In this document: one piece after another, positions 49,589-59,716 of the stretch | Layout of the letters: every line of letters starts with the position of its first letter | How positions within the stretch are numbered: the stretch's first letter is position 1 | Assembly (NCBI GenBank): GCA_001949185.1 | Contig: BDGG01000005.1 | Location: 1,601,249 to 1,665,248, forward strand | Length of the DNA: 64,000 bases | Direction: 5' to 3' | Source: Ramazzottius varieornatus | Lineage: Eukaryota > Animalia > Tardigrada | The notes under the pieces: model-generated | Databases searched by the model: none | What the model saw: the letters and a program-made list of their open reading frames with translations, nothing else | Told to the model about the DNA's origin: nothing | Made by a program: the position numbers and the translations under genes

Positions 49589-50753
49589 GCCAAGGAACGA
49601 AAAGAATTCGATCTGCAGGAAAGGCAGCTCGCACGTCCGGTAACTTTTTTGAATAAAATTTGTTTCAACGTGAAACACAACTGAGCAAGCTTTCGTTTCC
49701 CAGCTAAGAAACATTCAGCTCCTGCTAAAAGAAAGCGAAGTCAGGCTGCCAAGGATATGCACAATACTGGTAGCGATAGCGAGGACGAAGCCAGTGTCGC
49801 GGACAAGAAGCAGAGAATGAATATTCCGTACAATGGAAAAAATGGAGGCTCTGGAAGGCCCGTGGGAAAGAAACCCGACGCTACTCCTGATGCAGAGTCG
49901 GATGATAGTGAGAAAGCAGAAGATGGTGATGATTGGTGGGAGGTTGACAGCGGTAAGCGTCAAGCAACTTTCCTACAGCAAGTGGGTTGGTTGACAACCC
50001 ACACGCTGAACTTGACAAGAATGCTTTTCCAAGTGGCGCACGTGTTCAGTGTAGATAGTTGAAAGCGTGTGCCGGTTGGTGGACCTAACTGTACTTGCAA
50101 TTTTCAGAGGTCGACCACCAGAAACTTATAGCTTTGGACAAGACTGTCAACCTTGATGGAGCTGCCCGTAATCCGGAAGCCATCGCGACTCTCGAAACCG
50201 GCCAAGACGACGCAACGGTCCTTCTGGGACCGTGGTAAGGCGCTGTTGAACAGCACAACTAGTCCAGTTCACGCGATATTCATGCTATTGGTAGCACCGT
50301 CCGATATATTGTGAACACCTACCAGTTCAGTTTGCATTAAAGCCAAGCCACTCGAGTTCTTTGTAGGATGCGACGAGTGTTCGTGCCGTCGAAGAACAAG
50401 ATGTTGAGGTTCTCTGGCGTGGAGCTGTTCTTTAGAAAGTATGTTGAGCTGAATTAATTGATAATCTCCGCTCCTCGTTTTTACTCGTATAGCCTGCCAC
50501 TCTTTGCGGATATGTTCAGTGAAAAGGCTACGCGCAGCCCGGCCCCGGACTTCGAGCCAAGATGGGGATTCGGTTTAAACGAATGCTTCCTGATGAGAAG
50601 TACGCTCGGAACAACATAAACTCTTTTGGAGAAGAGCTCAAGCCCAACTTCACTCTTTCCAAGAACGGCCTTATCGAGTTTCCCGACTACACCGGGCTCC
50701 GACTGGAATATATTCTGGGATACATTACCAAGGCATCCAGCAGATACCACTAA
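49589..50753 (+). pseudogene. 3' exons of the cargo gene (NLS-like/acidic region and unknown C-terminal domain)
   Basis: GT-AG bounded exons encode APAKRKRSQ, acidic DSEDE/ESDDSE stretches and then globular-looking segments. The terminal frame is uncertain. Confidence 0.45.
50007..50080. repeat. Intronic palindromic element copy, partial (cargo gene intron)
   Basis: AACTTGACAAGAATGCTTTTCCAAGTGGCGCACGTGTTCAG...TGAAAGCGTGTGCC. Confidence 0.65.
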
Positions 50754-50790
50754 GTTGCAACCCGTTCAAGCTAACTTGGCGCGGTCGACT

Positions 50791-53767
50791 TTACGATGCT
50801 GAGAAGAAATAAGCCTGCTGTTCTTTCTTTGTTCTGCTCTGTTCTATTTTGGTTGGGTGTTCTGATTCCGTGAGTGAAACAGTAAACTCACATAAATCGA
50901 ATCGGAGCTTGGATATCGGTCGTTGCAACTGAACGTAGTAGTGTTTGAGGAACTGCACAACGGTTTTAGCCTGATCAAGACTAACAAAGCTGCAACAGGC
51001 TGGTCGAGTGTGGAATGCGTCGTCTAAACTAGTCCATCGCTCAAAACACGTTGCGCGATAAGAAATATAGTTTTTCGCCGAAGCATTAACATTCCGAAAA
51101 GCATTATCTGAACCTTCGAGTCAATCTTCGAGTCAACCCTTCGAGTCAACCTTCAAGTCAACCTTCGAGTTCGAAAAAGCCAACTGTTACAGCGAGCTGT
51201 TATATTATCATGATACTGATAACATCCTAATTTGAGTCGAGGTTAAAGTACTGCATTGTCAGTACCTGATGCAGTGTCGTCAGATTTCGTTGAAGGATGG
51301 GACTGGGCGACGACTGTTTTCTTCGAGTTGTGTAGGTAGATGTCTCCAGGGTCTCCGAAGAACAAACGCTCAATCTGCAGCCTGACGTACTTTTCATCGT
51401 AGATGCGACTTTCCTGGATACGCAGTGCTGCGAATTCCGGACGGAGCTTAAATGGCCCCTGGTCGAACAGTGCGTTCACCATATCGTTCTTCTGCTCCTC
51501 TGCCATCTTTAACATTCCCAGCGTCACTTGCCTGAGATCTGCTACCTCGCCCACAATTCGCTTGACTTTCGAGTGGAAGGCTTCGTTGTAGTTAGTCGTG
51601 GCTAGGTTCTTCTGCATACCGACTTTTGTCGTTCCGGAAGAATTAGCTTTCCTTCAAATTTCGTTTTCTGGTACTTGACAAACCATTCGAAGAACTTGTC
51701 ATGCTTCCACCTGCTTTCACACGATTCGAGCTGCTGGCGAAAAAGCTCTACTGTCTCCGAGTCAATCAAGCCGGGCGAATGGTTATTATTCTCATTGTGC
51801 TCAAATCCGTAGATGTCGAACATGATCAGTCTTTTCCGCTTCGCGTCGATATCTGTAAGATAAAACGCTAATGAACGATCTGCGTCAACCTTTGAGTCAA
51901 CCTTCGAGTGAACATTTTAATCACCACTGAGGTTCGCAAACAACCACTTACCTTTGAAATCATTGCATATCTTCCTACTCACTCCGTCGCGAGAATGAAT
52001 GGCACAAAGAGCGTGCTCGGAATCGTCGAAGACGTACAAGAAGGCGTTGTATAGGGCCGTCTCACCGTCAGTGATGTGTCGGAGCTTCCAGTCCTGTTCC
52101 GGTTTGCCCACCGACTGCCTCAGGAACCAACCAAACTCCTCATACGCCTTCTGCTTAAGAGATGGTGTGAGGAAGGACGCCATCTGAAGCAGCGCTGGAC
52201 CGCCGGTAACACGGTTTTGTGGCAATGGGTGCACCATTACAGTTGTCACAATGTATTTTCCTCCCATGTTGAAGGTGGTGTCGCTGTACATCGCCTGCTT
52301 GAATTTCGGTCCACAAAGCCAGCAAAGAGATTCAGCTGGTACGAGTGAGTGAGGATGTAGGTCAAGAACTGCTCGCCGTCCATTTCCACTGAGCGTAAAT
52401 GGACGTTCTGGTGTCCGTCAAGGAACTGCGCGATGCTTCCGCCGAACACACTTTTCTTTTCCGCGGCTTTTGCGTTGACTGCCTGTTTCACGTTCTTTGG
52501 GCGGTGAAATGGATTAACCACGATGTCTTCGGGAGACTCTGCAGATGAGCAGGCTTCTTTGTAGGCGCGCATAGGACTAAGACCGGCGCCGCGACTGTCA
52601 AGCTTGACTTTCTCCCGCAGAAGACCTGTAACCCCTTGCGAGCTACGCTCCTTCCCAACAGCAAACTCTTCCGGCGTATTGCCCCTGCTCCAATGCACCG
52701 ACACGACAGCCACACAGTTCTCCGACATCACAAGAGAGCCTAGAAAAGTGGAATTTTTGTAACACGATCCATGTTTAGTGTTCCATGTTTCGACTACAAG
52801 CACTGTTCAACCTTCGAGTCAACCTTCGAGTCAAACTTCGAGTCGATCTACTACTTTCCGAACTGAGTCATCCAAACTGTTTTCGGAGATGGAAGAAGAT
52901 CTGATATGCTCACCTTGTCCTTCTACGAAGAAAGAAATTACTCGTTTTGCTGCGGACACCGTGTTCGAATAATAGCGGTGAAGGCAATAAAGTGGTCCCT
53001 CAAGGCCATCTTCCAACGTTTCCCAGCGGCTGTACTTGAAGTGCCATGTTCCGTTGCGGTCAGTAGCCAGAAGTGAAACAGCGCGTGCTTTCTGCGACTC
53101 TTGGAGTTGCACGGCAGCCATTGCAGATCCCTGGAATTTGATTGGCATTCTAGTATTTGCGTAAGTTTCAGCAACTTCGATATCGCGCAGACGATCCAGC
53201 ACACTAGCTACACCGGCGCCGGTTTTGAAGAACTTCAGATCGTTACTGCAAAAGCATACCGATTTAGAAACGACTAGTTATGTTTTCGAGTTTTCGCTTC
53301 TTACCACAGGTACAATGCATCCAGAACAGAGTCTTCTTTCGAGGTTTTCTGTACTGGGACAACGCCGAGTTCGGCAAATATCCCGATTGGCTCTCCACTA
53401 AAAGAAAGCAGGCTCAATGTCATTGCAAACGTCGCGATTTGATGAGCCTTACAGTCAAGATTCAAGTGAACCTTCGAGTCAACCTTCAAGCCAACCTTCG
53501 AGCCAACCTCCGAGTCAACCTTCGAGTCAACCTTCAAGTCAACCGTCAAGTCAACCGTCAAGTCAACCGTCAAGTCAACCGTCAAGTCAACCGTCAAGTC
53601 AACCGTCAAGTCAACCGTCAAGTCAACCGTCAAGTCAACCGTCAAGTCAGGTAACCTCTACCTTACCTGATTTCATCCGTAGCACTGGTTTCCTCGGTAT
53701 CTGAAGAGCTGATAAAACTAACGGAGAGGTTCGAGACATCTGCTTCATCACCGCTGTTATCGGACAT
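50791..53767 (-). CDS. Mutator (MULE) DDE transposase, 6 predicted exons, two 1-nt frameshifts
   Basis: Exons 53767-53667, 53397-53305, 53245-52914, 52793-51952, 51852-51266 and 51023-50791 are phase-compatible. Motifs YSDTTFN (D), HITDGE (D), LCAIH (CxxH) and TTNYNEAFH (E). The last exon is less certain; an alternative stop lies at 51243. Confidence 0.85.
51109..51170 (+). repeat. 12-bp motif array (GTCAACCTTCGA), ~5 units
   Basis: Lies in predicted transposase intron 5 (51024-51265). Confidence 0.9.
51884..51913 (+). repeat. 12-bp motif array, ~2.5 units
   Basis: Lies in transposase intron 4 (51853-51951). Confidence 0.85.
52807..52844 (+). repeat. 12-bp motif array, ~3 units
   Basis: Lies in transposase intron 3 (52794-52913). 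Confidence 0.85.
53454..53649 (+). repeat. 12-bp motif array, ~16 units; the last ~9 are the identical variant GTCAACCGTCAA
   Basis: Lies in transposase intron 1 (53398-53666). Confidence 0.95.
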
Positions 53768-53938
53768 ATCCGCGATGGCCCTGCAGCGATGCACAAACAT
53801 ACGCCAGGTTTACGAATAACGCACCGATTTGCGAGGTTCGACCTACCTCTTCCTTTGCGAGCTTGAAGGAGGCGCGGATCCTTCCCGTGACATGTTGTGG
53901 TCCGCACTGTGCTTCCAAACCTAAATGGGTGGATGGGA

Positions 53939-54784
53939 TGTCTGCGAGGGATCCTCGCTACGTCTCTGTACTCCGCAAGGACTACCGAAGCTCGCCGCAG
54001 ATCATGTCGACCTCATCCGCAGTCCTGTACGATAGCGAGATGACTTTTAGTGGCCGATACGAAGCGGACAATTCACCACTTCCGCCCCTGCAATTCCTTC
54101 AAGTAGACGGCATCGTCAAACTTAGGTACTCGTACGTACGATATCATGAATGCCCAAACTAATATAAAGCAAGAACTCAGCAAACGAAAAATCGTAGTAT
54201 TTGCGCAAGTGGCGCATTGCTTCAGCCAATAAAAACGGAACGTGCGCCACTTAGGGAAACAATCTTGTCGGGCTTCTTTGCTGATCTCTTATTCAGCAAG
54301 TTGTGTTTTTCTGAATAGGGTTCTAGGGGGAGTCGCTTCCTATGTCAACGTAATAGAAATGCGGATGGTAGTCCAGCAAGTCCAGTCCTTCTACGCTGCC
54401 GGCCTGAAGCCACAGGAAGTTGGAGTCTTCTCTCCAGCAGTTCGCCAGCTGCAGCTCATCAGGGATGAGCTCGTGAAGATAAACGTCCCAGTTCCGGTGA
54501 TCGGTCATGTGGATGAGTTTCTAGGGGGCGAAGTGATTGCACTGGTCATCAGTTGCGTCCAGTCGTATTCTGAATGGGCGAAGGAACCCGAAGATGTCGT
54601 GGGCTTCATTGGACATCCCGAGTTGTCCAACTTCGCCATTTCACGGGCCAGGAGATTTGTGAGTATCGTGGGGAACCTGAAATTCCCTCATCGAGAGGAC
54701 CTCTTCTGGCGCTTGTTCCTCAGAGATTCAACTCGAAAAGGCTACTTGAGTTTGGACATGACACTCACGATGCTAGATTTATAA
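53939..54784 (+). pseudogene. 3' half of the MOV10/Armitage/UPF1-like SF1 helicase (RecA2 domain), degenerate motifs
   Basis: DPRYVSVLRKDYRS, LYDSEM, SYVNVIEM, EVGVFSPAVRQ, IGHVDEFLGGE, VISCVQS and FIGHPELSNFAISRARRFVSIVGN parallel the C-terminal SF1B helicase motifs. Confidence 0.8.
54173..54288. repeat. Intronic palindromic element copy (helicase intron)
   Basis: CTCAGCAAA..CAAGTGGCGCATTGCTTCAGCCAAT...GTGCGCCACTTAG..ATCTTGTCG..TTTGCTGA. Confidence 0.8.
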
Positions 54785-55245
54785 CTGACTTTTGCTTCTG
54801 ACAAAAATATCAGTGTTACTTTCCCATTACTCCCCATTAGGTGTTGTACTTGTACCTTTCTTTTGACGATAAATGATTTGATGGTATTCTTTGTAAACAC
54901 AGTGTATTCTACCGTGTTCTTTCCCATTTCATGCTCTGTTGGGAATTTTTTCCTGTCACTTCCGTGTTTGTGAGAATAGTTTATTTGACAGCCGCCAGAG
55001 GGCTGTAACTTATCACAGTAAATTAGTAATGTGAAATCGTCGTGGATGTTTCCGGATTTCGGTATTCAGACAAGTTCCGTTGTATACTGATAACAGACAC
55101 ATATCAGAGTAAAAACCAAAGTTACCACCGTCACACTTATCATCGAAGAGAACGTCAGAAGATTGTACCTATATGCACTCTACAGACTCCAGCTGTGCAC
55201 AAAACTATCTTCAAGCAGGCAGAAAAGAAAGCACAGAGTAGCATG

Positions 55246-57174
55246 TTAAATCTGTACAGTTCGAGTGTAACAGCTCGAAGCATCATAAATCAGCGTGTTA
55301 TTCAAGGGGACGTACTGCCCAGTAACGAGCTTGATTACTTCCTGTGCCACGCACCCACCTATGAAAGCAGCCACCGAATGCAACTGCTCAGCGCCACTTC
55401 GTGTTACTTCCTTCGCGTAGTTCTCCAGTACTTCATCCGCCGCAAGTGCCATAAACTCTACTCCAGCCCCACATATTTTCAGCAGTTTCGACGCGTGAAA
55501 CTTGACCATCATGGCGTCTTCGTCCAGTGTTGAGTTCGCTGAACCCGGAAACCGCGATGTCTCCGAGTAGAACCTATCCACAGCTCGTAGCATCACATAC
55601 CACATGGACGACCTGAACTCAGCGTCATCTTCCGACACGCCTCTCAGAACACTCGACACGGCCGAACCACCCGTGTATTCAGCTTCCAGACTGGCAGTCA
55701 TTTGAATGCAAGTGAGAAAGGCAGCGTTACGACAGTAATGTTTGACTTCAGAGAACTTAATGTGGTCCTTGGGCAAACCCAAGCTGTAACAGAACTCTTG
55801 GACCTTCTCGAAGACTACCTCGGCATCCGAGTCTGCTTTCTCTTTGTACACTGTCTGAAGCTTGATGAAAGACTCCGTGTCGGAGAACATGTCGGGAAGC
55901 GCGCCGGACAAAGGAAGGAAACCATCACCGGCTGTCTCTGTGAAATCTTTCAGTGCGCGAACGACGATCCAGAACTTCGGCGAGGACTTGGTCAGGTTGA
56001 CGCAAGAAGGATCGTCAAAGAGAGTACTCAGACTACCAGGCACCTGTAGAACAACAAACAACATTGGCGAATGAGTTTCGAGCGAACCGGAATCTTAATC
56101 TTACCTTGGGTACAGCGATGGTCTTCATAACAGCTTTGCAAGCTTCCTCAAAGTTTTCTTCTGGGAAAGGGACGCCGTCTTCATTCTTCAGTCGTTGTTC
56201 ATCGATATACTCACGGAACTTGCTCTTTTCTTTGAAGGTGGAAGGAAGAGTACCGTGCTGAGCTCTCCATTGCTGGAGGAACTTGACCAGCAGGATGACG
56301 TATGGCAAATGCGAGTGCTGCTTCTTGTGCATCGTTTCTAGGTTGAAACTGTCACATAAAACTTGTAGCTGCGGGAAGGGAGATTCTACGCGAAGATCAG
56401 GAACGAAGTTGTCAGGCTTGGACTCGATGACATGGTGCTGTTTGTGGACGATGCGGATATAACCGATAGTTCCATAGGCCCTGTAACATTGATTACATAT
56501 AACCATATAGCATAGCCTCACCATACCCCGTTCTAGTCGCGCTTGACATCAAGAAAACGCATTATAAACACCGCACATTTCTGCACCGTCTGGGTCGTCA
56601 TCATCTACCTTATTTACCAAACATCGAAAAGCAGTTTTCAAGTTTACCTGCAAATGACTAACGGAATGCCAGCGTTCCACAAGAGACTTGAAAGACTACT
56701 AAGCTGTCCTTCAGAAGGGTTATCGGCCACGATGATAACCGAGAAGCTCTGTAGCCAAGACGCGCGATGCGCGAGGAGGGAATCCAAAGAATCCACGACG
56801 TAGTCTCCCTTGACGTCGTTGTTCATCTCCAGCAGTAATCTCGTCACAACTTCCGCTCGGTGTTGCCCCAAAGACTGTGCAGTGACGAAAAAATTGCTGC
56901 CCAAGTCCGAAGCTGTCACTTTCTCCTCGTCGACCACGCAGAAGGATCCGACGCCTGGCAGCACTAGGTTCTTCAACACTTCCGTTCCTGTTGATGTCGC
57001 TCCGATCAGGCACAACTTGGCGCCTTCGAGCGCCGCTTGTCCGTGATCCCCCCACAAGCGCAGCTGTCGGTCGTACTTCCTGACCTTGTGAGAATGTAAG
57101 TCGTTCATGGCAGGCGTGGACACCGGTTCTCCTTCCTGAACAAACTCCTTCAAATCAGCGAGTTCCGTCAGCAT
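55246..57174 (-). CDS. NAE1: NEDD8-activating enzyme E1 regulatory subunit (APPBP1)
   Basis: KYDRQLRLWGDHGQ, EVLKNLVLPGVGSF, HSHLPYVILL, LPLSGALPDMFSDT and LHSVAAFIGGCVAQEVIKLVTGQYVP. An alternative ATG lies at 57108. Confidence 0.95.
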
Positions 57175-57537
57175 CCTTTCTGCGGTCCCAGCCGCAAGTT
57201 GACCCGACGATACACACTATCCTGCAAGTTCCACGAGATTGATCCTTTGCAAAGTCTGGAATAGCTGCCTACCAGCAAGCACTCCGCACTCCACTCAGTG
57301 CATGCACACAATCGTGTAAAGCGTGTCACAAAAGATTTAATGACAAGATGCATGCGAGCGTGACCAAACGGTGACCGAACGGTGACCACTTTGAAGGGTT
57401 TGCGATTACGTACGTAGTTGCGCTTGAGTCAAGTGATCAGAATCACTTTGAAGTCTGAAGTCTGAACCTCTCTTCCAGCCTTTTACTTTTAGGCGTCTTC
57501 CCGTTACTTCCGGTTGAGTCTTGTGGACACATCGAGA

Positions 57538-58607
57538 ATGGAGATCTCTCGTCCGTCGCAGCAAACATTTGAAAGACTGGAACGTCGGATCGCGCGACTG
57601 GAGGATGCATTGGGTGTCAACAGGATCTCTTCGAAACAGCTGGACATGGTACAAGTTCTGTACGATTTTGCAATTAGGACGACCTACCTTACCATCCAAG
57701 GTTGACTCATATTGTGAATTTGTCCCCACCGTGAAACTATCAAACTGCATTTTAGGCCATCAAGGAGCTCCTCGATCTGCGGCAAACATCATATCGGGCT
57801 CTGGAAGGTCGACCGACGGTGACAGAGGGACTGCAGAAATGTATGATTGCTCTTACAGTATTCAGCATCGTCATGAACCTAACTACGGTGATCCTTAAAC
57901 AAATTTAGACTTTTGATGCTTGACACTTGAGTGATCCTTCGGCGAGTCGATAGCCGTTGATATACCGACTCCCCATTTCAATGGCTTTCTCTTTCTTCAG
58001 ATCAAGATCTTCTCCGGATGGCAGATGAACAAGAGGGAATTCCGAGCTGGAATAGCGGGCTCCATAGCGAAATCCTTTTTAATGGTAGGTTACTGTCCAA
58101 GCTTGTAAAGTATTTCATTGATTCCCTCATATAAGCTTCACGATTCAGCAGTCGTTAGAGAACTTCGAGAGGCATGGAATAGTGTCTCAACGCGACTTTA
58201 TAGACCTTGTGGTTAAGGCAGCCGGAAGTGGCTGTACTTGATCGAGGTGGAGGACTCTTTAACGTTCGATGTTGTCTTTGCAGAGCTATCAAGACTTCGG
58301 GTTTTGTCCAGTACTACCGAATCCCTCAAGCAAATGGAGCCAGTTTTAAACGAGCCACCCTCCGGAGACTTTCAACGATACGCCGCGGATCTGCGTTCTC
58401 TGAAGACCCAGCTTGCTTCCGTGTTGGCCAAAGTGGAGAAGGCGGAAAGGACAGAACGGGCACTTACCGAAGCTCAAACCGCCGCTGTGAGTCTTTTTGT
58501 TGGTCTCACGTTCAACCTTTAGTCTGGTTCCAAGCCGTTCATCTCTGCTATAGATTACGATGACAGAGGACAAGCTCGTCGAGATAAATGATGGATTGAG
58601 AGGATAG
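57538..58607 (+). CDS. DCTN3: Dynactin subunit 3 (p22/24)-like coiled-coil protein
   Basis: N-terminal FERLERRIARLEDALG; LKQMEPVLNEP..FQRYAADLRSL resembles DCTN3. Small multi-exon helical protein; the middle exon structure is uncertain. Confidence 0.55.
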
Positions 58608-59076
58608 CCGACTGGCGGATTTGCTACGTCGTGGCTGGTACTTCCGGGCCGGCAGGATTCTCCCGCCGTCTCTACCAACTCACCTGGTCCCGTGATGTTT
58701 TCCCTGGGTGATTCAAGTGGCCGATCTCTATGGTCTGATTGCTTGTGGCAGTCGATCTCTAGGCCTTTCCACAGTGACGCGCGTTGTTGATCTTAGTTTA
58801 GACGTGGTTCACTTGTTCACGGGCGAAAATACCATATGCATTTGCTTTTTATGTTTCTCGTACTGAAAAAGTGAGAAACTGATTATTTCATCTTGATATT
58901 GAACGTGAATGTCCGAAAAGAGAGAAACATCAGAAGATTATGTACAGGAAATTTGAGAAACCATACGCAGAAGTCTTTGTCGCCTATACAAATCGCCCCG
59001 TGCGAGGGAGTAGAAACAAGAACAGTTCTCTTGCACGCCAGCACGAAAAACACCGCAGCCTCGAGGACCAGCAACA

Positions 59077-59716
59077 TCAAGAAAATTTTTCCTCGTTGAA
59101 GGCTTTCCGCGCTCTTTTAAGCTCTTCGTTCATGTTGATCAGGTCGTTCACCCTCACGTACTTGCGGGAGTCATTTCGAACGAGATACATGATATCTTCA
59201 ACCTGAACTCGATTCTGTCGTCCAACCTCCATAGCTTTCGTGGTCATTTCTACCATGTACTGCGTCACCAGGTCTGCAATGAGAAGAGGGAGCGTCACAT
59301 ACAGGCTGACACTGGCTTTACTACGGACCAGAAGCCGAGCATGAGACCGCGATCAGCAAGCAATCGTCGTACCTTCTAACAGCTCTACCGATTCCGTGTA
59401 TGGATTCTGATCGTCTCCAAATCCATACATCATGCAACGTAACTCCCTGCGAAGCAGAAAAAACATGGATTTAGCGTGGTCTTCAGACGTCAAGGAGCAA
59501 CTGCCTCTTCATATACGAGCGTATAACTATGAGTACATACATTTACCTTTGGAAGATGCGCTTGTTTGCACCTGTCGAACTGATGTGGCCTGATCCAGAG
59601 GGTCGTTTGTCAGGTTTCGATGTTGATGCAGATGTTCCGTTGGACGATATCGAAGCAGTATCATCCTGGTGGTCCTCTGGAGCGTTCTCGTTCAGTGCTA
59701 CCTCGTCGGATGCCAT
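59077..59716 (-). CDS. TAF13: TFIID subunit TAF13
   Basis: KRIFQRELRCMMYGFGDDQNPYTESVELLEDLV..VQVEDIMYLVRND.RKY.RV.DL..MNEELKRARKAFNE. Confidence 0.95.

Larger units (their letters stand above)
45437..53938. mobile_element. Putative ~8.5 kb Mutator-like element: transposase plus convergent cargo gene
   Basis: A MULE transposase (-) and a cargo gene (+) end ~40 bp apart and together separate the two halves of a MOV10-like gene. The candidate termini are weak: 16-bp inverted match 12/16, 9-bp flanks 6/9. Confidence 0.55.

Noticed and set aside
50108-50234. VLLGPW as the helicase Walker A lead-in
   Set aside because: No GxGKT follows; the exon splices into unrelated sequence.
53454-53649. CRISPR-like array
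   Set aside because: Head-to-tail 12-mers without spacers, eukaryotic context and no cas genes.
53280-53704. ORFs with (SQPS)n, (QVNR)n or (TVDL)n repeats
   Set aside because: These are by-products of a stop-free 12-bp array lying in a transposase intron.
45428-53947. Firm TIR/TSD for the MULE (TGCCATTCCGCCATTT vs reverse-complemented TCCCATCCACCCATTT; flanks GGTCTACTA/TGTCTGCGA)
   Set aside because: Only 12/16 and 6/9 matches, and a true TSD conflicts with the missing RecA1 domain. Used only as provisional boundaries.
57500-57515. ACTTCCGG (ETS-like) motif at bidirectional promoters
   Set aside because: A short motif that also occurs in introns and 3' regions; enrichment cannot be supported.
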